A stretch of DNA of 8,831 nucleotides from Adineta steineri (taxonomy: Eukaryota): the NCBI GenBank assembly GCA_905250035.1, contig CAJNOE010000390.1, positions 83,016 to 91,846 of the forward strand, written 5' to 3'. Under the pieces are notes generated by a model that worked only from the letters and a program-made list of their open reading frames with translations, had not been told where the DNA came from and did no database searches. Shown piece by piece: positions 1 through 5,776 of this stretch; positions within the stretch are counted from its first letter, which is position 1; every line of letters starts with the position of its first letter. A program made the position numbers and the translations under genes.

Positions 1-191
1 GAATAATGTTAGATTACTTTCTTTTTTCTTTTCTGTTAAAGAGAAGTAATAAAATAAAATCTCATTTTTCTACCAATGATTTTTTTCTCGAATTCAATCA
101 AAAGCGAAGTTTGGCATATACGGTAATGTAGTTTGAAATCGTATGCATGCCATTCTATGCTCGAGAGATGAAGCTCATCTACAAAGACCTA

Positions 192-313
192 CCAATGAAA
201 AATTTGATTGATTTAATCAGAATTACTTTGTAACAAAATCAAAAATAAAATCAATTCAGCTTTTGATTTTGTTACAAAACAATTCTGATTAAATCAATCA
301 AATTTTTTACTGG
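192..313. repeat. Inverted repeat (hairpin/foldback): arms 192-244 and 261-313 with a 16-nt spacer
   Basis: The left core AAAAATTTGATTGATTTAATCAGAATTACTTTGTAACAAAATCAAAA (198-244) matches the reverse complement of 261-307 with only 2 mismatches in 47 bp. The extension to 53 bp adds 2 more mismatches. Confidence 0.9.
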
Positions 314-366
314 AGTGCCACATACAATATTTATTGCTTTAACCTTCGTTTTCATCTTTGAGAAAA

Positions 367-1003
367 ATGACAACACTGTTCATGAGCGTTGTATATATAT
401 GTATAAGCTTCTGGTTTTGTTTTGTCCGATCAAGTCATTTCTATGGTGGATCAGTGACATGGAAGCCGATGAATAATACAGATACAGGCTCACAAATCTC
501 AGTGATGTTTACACAATCATACCAATGGCGACGGTCCTTTTCGCCTGATACAAAATGTAATCAATCGTTTATTATCAATCAAACACCGAAAATGCCAAAT
601 GCAACTAGTACGCTCAATTGCACTACTTCATCTAATACCTGTGGTGGCTACACACCAATAAGCATAAATGAATATTGTACTGACTTTAGTATACTCACTG
701 ATTCTAGTTCAGGCCAGATCTCTACAATTGAAAATATTACAGCTGGAGCACAGTTCTGTGTGGCATTTAGTGGCGGATCTTGGATCGGGTTGCAATCAAC
801 AAACTGTGGTTGGGGTGGCAGGAAGAAAAGATACTACAATAGTGGTCGTACTAGTAGTGGATCCACTAGGACTACAGTATCAACAACAACTGTAGCTGGT
901 TGTTACAGTACGACCGCCGATTGGTCCATTGGATGTTGTATTGATCTAACGGTGAGACCAGATGGATTTATTAATACACCACCAGTTGCAACAATTATTT
1001 CAC
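367..1003 (+). other. Exon 1: signal peptide plus N-terminal ectodomain with Cys residues and several N-X-S/T sequons
   Basis: ORF 358-1092, with the ATG at 367. The sequence TTATTTCAC|gtatgt gives a phase-1 donor at 1003/1004. The next acceptor, cttttctag|C at 1179/1180, restores CCT (Pro). Confidence 0.7.
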
Positions 1004-3832
1004 GTATGTACATATTTGATCAATTTTTCACAATCTCATTGATCCTTCATTTCTTTATTTGGATTTCTCGTTACGCGAATGACTTCGTTTGATCCGTTAG
1101 TTTTAAGGAAAAAACGAATTTTAGTTAGGATTTTCATTTTTTTCGAAAATACATCGTTATGGGTTAACTTCTTTTCTAGCTATTACTATACCAATAAACA
1201 CTATAACCAATATAACAATTCCAGTCATTGATGCTGACGATGATTACTTAAGGTAATTTGTAATCTTTCTTTGTTTCCAAGACACTTTTAGAGGAGTACC
1301 GTTATTATTTAGCTGTCGCTGGGCTCAAAAAACGGCTGCATTGGATGAATGTGGTGATGTTTGTCAAATGGCACCAGGCAGTACACTTGATAATGATGAT
1401 TGTGTGCTGACGTATAACAGTACGGGCAAAACTGTCGGACAGTATTATGCCGTCACTCTGATGGTGGAAGATTATTATGATTCATCAACACCTACACCAT
1501 TCAGCAGTGTTCCCGTACAATTTTTAATACACATTGTGAGTGCCACTGCTTGTCCTTTACAACCAACGATCAGCTCAAACTTATCAGATTGTTCGCCTAT
1601 TCAGGTCGGAGTTCAATTTACTTTTACATTGACAATCGTACAAGGATGTCCAGGAACAACACTACAAGATGTATATACCATGCCTCCATTGTATATGTAC
1701 AAAGGCAGCATAACACAAGTCGGCTCGACGAACGTATGGACAGTAACTGAAACATGGATACCCGATGAATTGCAACTAGGTTCTCAAGTCTACTGTGCCG
1801 TGGCTACGGATAGGTACTATGCATATTTTATATTCTCTGAGTTTTCATCTCTTTCTAGTGATAATATTCAATCCGATCAATATTGTCTTACATTCATGGT
1901 TGTTCCTGACGGGCAAGTACCTTTATGTAAATTTTTGTTAAAAATCATTTCTTTTCGTTGAAAACTTCATCGAATTTATTTAGGTCCGGGTGATGTTGCG
2001 CCGACCACGTCAACTACGTAAGAACATTTTTATTGAAATTTTCTAGAAGACAGTTTTTTTATAATTTTCTTTTAATAGAACCACTAGCACATCAACGTAT
2101 GTAAATCAATATATTCAGTTTCTCTAGCCATTTTGATCGTTTCTCTTTAGAACTACTACTACTACTACTAGTACTACCAGTACCACGTCGGTTACGACAT
2201 CAACGTTAGTAAATTAAAATTATTCTTTTTTTTTCGTTTCATTATTTTTTCTTATTTAAATTTTAGAACAACAAGCACTGCAACGACTTCGACCAGCACT
2301 AGTTCGACTTCTCCAACATCAACCAGTACTAGTACGACTTCAACCGATACTAGTACGACTTCAACAACATCAAGTAGTACTAGTGCAACTTCGACTAGTA
2401 CTAGTTCGACTTCTACGACATCAAGTAGTACTAGTACAAGTTCGACCAGTACTAGTACGACTTCCACGACATCAACTAGGTGAGAAACTGATCACTTTTT
2501 TTCTTTCATCCACAAGAAGAATTAGGAATAGAAAGTCTTACGATAAAAGAGGACGACGATCGATGAAGGCTTTTAGTTGCAATTAGAGGACATTTTTCCT
2601 ATGTTGGTTCGTTTCAAAAAGTATTTTTTATGAAAATAAATTTGTGAAACAATACTGAACTTTTTTATTTTTCGTAACTGTTTAGTACAACAACATCAAC
2701 AACCAGGTAAGACATTTTCGTCTCTACTAAAAATGCAGCAGTTCAAAAAAAAAATTATTTGTATTTTCCCTCTGTATAGTACAACTACAACCACTACTAC
2801 TACGTACGTCTGCAAGATGTCAATTGCGTATTTTATTTCTATTCAATACGTTTGCATTTCTTAGAACTAGCACTACTACAACCACTGTTACCACTACAAA
2901 ATCACCTTCACATAATATAAATATACCATTGATCGTTGGCCTATCACTATTAGCATTACTGGCTTCGTTACTTTGTTGTTGTTGTCTGTGTTGGTGGTTA
3001 TGGTATTTTTCTGCCTCTCATCAGCCTTAAAATTCGATAACATTAAGGTTTTTTGTTCTTTAGGGGTGGTGGAGCTAGGCGTCGGCGTCAAAATCGAACA
3101 AGCGGGGAAGAACAAGTGAAGCAGAAATTCTCGTTTACAAAAAAATGTCTTAAATTAATGGGCCTAAAACAACGAAAAAATGATATCCCATATGCAGTTA
3201 ACAGTACAAGAAGCAGTCGAATCACGACCACTAGCATTGTCAAAAGTTTGCCTGACTCAGACGTAAATTGCAATAGTTTGAATACGATATATTCAAAGTC
3301 CTTACCAAGAAGTTACGAGAACATTGCATTAGAACCTCAAGCAAAGAGCAGGGTTAGTGGCGTGAGTGTAATTCATGTAAGTCGCGTTGATAAACCGTTA
3401 ACAATCAACGAAAATGAAGCGATAAAATCGCCAATCTCAGATGATAATAATATCTCTGGTATTGACTTATTAGAACCATCAATACATGAAACGCCACGCG
3501 TTAGTATTATAAAGCTACCAAGAGCAAGATCATCAGCACCGACTGGTCGTATAATTAAGGTATCAAAAGCAGAGTCTTCTACAGAGCGACACACCAATGT
3601 CACAACTGAATTATCTAAAAAGTCGAAAGATATTGGCTCAGTCATTGTAAGTAAAGTGAACCGACGCTCATCTGATATTCCATCATCAGGAAAAGGAAGA
3701 ACAAGTACGGCAGTTAGTGTCATTAAATTAAAACTTCCGAGGTCATCATCAAAAGTATCTGCTGACCTTATTGCAGGATTTCGTGGATCGTTTACTCAAG
3801 CAGACAGCAAAGCGGCAAAAACGATGTTTTAA
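367..3832 (+). CDS. Multi-exon gene for a type I membrane / mucin-like-stalk protein. Exons: 367-1003, 1180-1252, 1313-(1884 or 1916, unresolved), 1984-2017, 2079-2096, 2151-2204, 2267-2479, 2686-2706, 2780-2803, 2865-3002, 3064-3832
   Basis: The in-frame ATG at 367 opens with the hydrophobic signal-like segment MTTLFMSVVYICISFWFCFV. GT..AG introns of 54-206 nt join in frame at all junctions except the one after exon 3. The joined product runs from the ectodomain (HFYGGSVTWKPM...; IPVIDADDDYL-SCRWAQKTAALDECGDVC...; YYAVTLMVEDYYDSSTPTPFSSVPVQFLIHI) through a Thr/Ser stalk to the TM segment IPLIVGLSLLALLASLLCCCCLCWWLW, then GGGARRRRQNR and a long tail ending KAAKTMF*. The motif set resembles uncharacterised large secreted/membrane proteins of small invertebrates; this is from memory and was not searched. 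Confidence 0.8.
1984..3002 (+). other. Thr/Ser-rich extracellular stalk (predicted O-glycosylated, mucin-like) encoded by a chain of small exons, ending in the TM exon
   Basis: The exon translations join as ...APTTSTTTTSTSTTTTTTTTSTTSTTSVTTSTTTSTATTSTS..., all through split AC|A or AG|T codons. Confidence 0.85.
2274..2477 (+). repeat. Coding minisatellite: four tandem copies of a 51-bp (17-aa) unit at 2274-2324, 2325-2375, 2376-2426 and 2427-2477
   Basis: Unit translations are STATTSTSTSSTSPTST, STSTTSTDTSTTSTTSS, STSATSTSTSSTSTTSS and STSTSSTSTSTTSTTST. At the nucleotide level the units share ACTAGTnCnACTTC...ACATCAA(C/G). Confidence 0.9.
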
Positions 3833-4113
3833 CATTCCACTATATTAATTGTTTGAACAGTGGCATTGTAATCGCTAAAATACTTTTTAAAAGGTTTTTC
3901 ATAATTAATAATTATTTCGCTTATCCAATCAAGCATCAGAAATGTCTAATTAATCAAATATATTCAAATTATTATTTCACCTATATCATTCTTGTCAGCA
4001 CAAGTACTTATCAAAGATAGTTTTTCTGTATTTTTTATTGCTATGAATCATAATAACAGAATGGAGAAATCCCTAAATACAGTAGACACTTTTCTTGTCC
4101 TACTCTCAAGATG

Positions 4114-4129
4114 ATAAAGTGCACTTTAT
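4114..4129. repeat. 16-bp perfect palindrome ATAAAGTGCACTTTAT
   Basis: The sequence equals its own reverse complement. Confidence 0.9.
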
Positions 4130-4137
4130 ATCATTAG

Positions 4138-4143
4138 AATAAA
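4138..4143 (+). terminator. Candidate polyadenylation hexamer AATAAA, possibly for the gene ending at 3832
   Basis: AATAAA in an AT-rich region about 305 nt past the stop. The distance and base composition make this weak. Confidence 0.25.
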
Positions 4144-4515
4144 GACCTAATGTATGAATATGAAGAAAAAATAATTAATTTAGAATAAATCAATAGTACT
4201 TTCAATATTTTGAGATGAGTAATTTTATAAACTAATAAGTAAGGTGAACGACGAAAACAATTTGAAACGAAAATTTATTAAATGAGTATAAAAAAATTTT
4301 TAAAGACTCTCTAAAGTAATTTTACTCTTTAATATACTAATGTTATTCGTACTGTTTGCCTCAGAATATTTTTTCTATAAAGTTATTTTTGTATCTTCAT
4401 CGTCATTGATACGGTTGATTAGATAAATGATATTTATCCATTGAAAAAAAGTATACTATTTATATTATTTTTCATATTCATATTACGAAAAAAACACACA
4501 CTTATCCCTCCTAAA

Positions 4516-4944
4516 ATGTCTGTATCGAATGTATTAACAACTGAACAGAATGAAGTTGAACGAGGATGGATTCAAGCATTTTATAATACTCTCAATGTTG
4601 ATTCATTCGATATCGAGCGTTGGTTCGAGAAATATTTTGAAAATGACGCATCTGTGACTTATAATAACGATCCACCATACAAAGGATACAATGATTTATC
4701 TGCACATATACTACAACTACGTCAAAAACTATCGGTAAAATATACTGTCAAACATGTCGATGTTGTCTCAGATCGAATTTATGTTGAAATTGATGCAACA
4801 GTTATTCGAAAAAATGATCCCGAGAAAAAAGAAATTCATCTCTCAGAACTTGCTGTTTTTTACAAGAAGATCAATGAAAACAAAATATCATCACTCAAGA
4901 TTTATGTGGATCCAACGCCTCTTCTTGAAAAAAATAAAACATAA
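4516..4944 (+). CDS. Small single-exon protein (142 aa), putative SnoaL-like / NTF2-like fold
   Basis: ORF from the ATG at 4516: MSVSNVLTTEQNEVERGWIQAFYNTLN...FEKYFENDASVTYNNDPPYKGYNDLSAHI...VSDRIYVEIDATVI...HLSELAVFYKKINENKISSLKIYVDPTPL. The pattern of an early helix, then D-x-x-V..PP..KG...I, then a C-terminal F...NKI..L.IY.D is typical of SnoaL/NTF2-like domains by recall; no search was run. The ORF-track N-terminus starts at a TTG (4441); the ATG at 4516 fits the domain start better. An AATAAA lies at 5019-5024. Confidence 0.65.
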   Translation: MSVSNVLTTEQNEVERGWIQAFYNTLNVDSFDIERWFEKYFENDASVTYNNDPPYKGYNDLSAHILQLRQKLSVKYTVKHVDVVSDRIYVEIDATVIRKNDPEKKEIHLSELAVFYKKINENKISSLKIYVDPTPLLEKNKT

Positions 4945-5018
4945 TATACTCGTATAATTACATTGTTAAAAAACATACATTATAATATTTAAGCATGCAT
5001 ATTTTTTCTTCTGTGAAT

Positions 5019-5024
5019 AATAAA
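5019..5024 (+). terminator. Candidate polyadenylation hexamer AATAAA for the 4516-4944 gene
   Basis: AATAAA 75 nt downstream of the stop codon. Confidence 0.4.
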
Positions 5025-5697
5025 TATACATTTATAGAAACGATATTTGCTTTTTTTTTGTCATAATCAATATGTGTTCAGAAATGAATCGAAAAATCAT
5101 TAGATTCATTTTCTATTTATTAATTAACGTAAGTGCGTATTTCTATTCAACAGGATGGGAAGAAAAAAACACGTGCATGTACTCTTTAATACGTTGCATA
5201 AATGAATAGAGAAAATAATTGTTTGACTGACGATGTGTAATTACATATGAACAAATACTCTTTATTAAAAGATAGATAGTATATCATTTTATTCTTTTTT
5301 AGCTCAACGAAATTGTTAATGATAGTTGCCGTCAGACACTTACTAGATTAATTATGTCTTTTGAATAAATGTAATCTGTATGCAATAATAATATTAATAA
5401 AATATTCAATGGATCTGGGTCAGAGTACTGTATTAACCTTACTCTAACACACCCTTGAGAATGAGCAAATACTAATGTAGTAACTACAGCGGAGTCATGT
5501 TATTTAACTTTCTTTAAACCTTTAAAAGTGTGCGATTTTATTCAATTTGTAGAGAAGATTTAGATTAATATAGAAAAAAGAGTTGAAAGTAATAATAATA
5601 TAAGCAATTAGTTATGTCTGCGAGAATGACCATCTTATCTTGATTATGGAATTGGATTCTCATCAATCATATTTGATGGATTGACGTTAAATAACGC

Positions 5698-5703
5698 TTT
5701 ATT
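5698..5703 (-). terminator. Candidate polyadenylation hexamer AATAAA for the TRPM gene
   Basis: The + strand reads TTTATT, which is AATAAA on the minus strand, about 75 nt past the TAA at 5777-5779. Confidence 0.35.
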
Positions 5704-5776
5704 AGATTAAATTTGTCGAGAAACCCGCATGTTGACAGTAATAGGCCTAAAAATAGTAAACAGTGTTGGAATTATT

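Noticed and set aside
668-895. Plus-strand 75-aa ORF in the +1 frame of exon 1
   Set aside because: Overlapping alternate frame. The 358-1092 frame carries the signal peptide, sequons and Cys pattern.
1253-1312. Alternative earlier acceptors (tttccaag at 1281, or cttttag at 1291) for exon 3 of the stalk gene
   Set aside because: 1281 creates an immediate TAG. 1291 gives only a 39-nt intron and inserts GVPLLFS. Acceptor attatttag at 1312 gives a 60-nt intron, typical for this gene, and a clean DADDDYLSCRWA.
2252-2467. Minus-strand 71-aa ORF, Val/Leu/Glu-rich
   Set aside because: Shadow ORF on the opposite strand of the low-complexity ACT/AGT repeat; it has no independent coding signature.
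2383-2586. Plus-strand 67-aa ORF (MQLRLVLVRLLRHQ...)
   Set aside because: Alternate frame of the Thr/Ser minisatellite. It does not connect in frame to the TM segment through the mini-exons.
3373-3723. Minus-strand 116-aa ORF
   Set aside because: Lies entirely antisense to the long cytoplasmic-tail exon and has no recognisable family features.
4430-4520. Use of TTG at 4441 to add a hydrophobic N-terminus (MKKSILFILFFIFIL) as a signal peptide for the SnoaL/NTF2-like protein
   Set aside because: There is no ATG in that extension. The domain-like sequence starts right after the ATG at 4516, and the upstream AT-rich stretch encodes hydrophobic residues by composition.
4945-5776. Possible additional gene, tRNA or transposon in the intergenic region
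   Set aside because: I saw no sustained ORF, cloverleaf, terminal inverted repeats or transposase-like translation. It appears to be AT-rich intergenic/3' UTR sequence.
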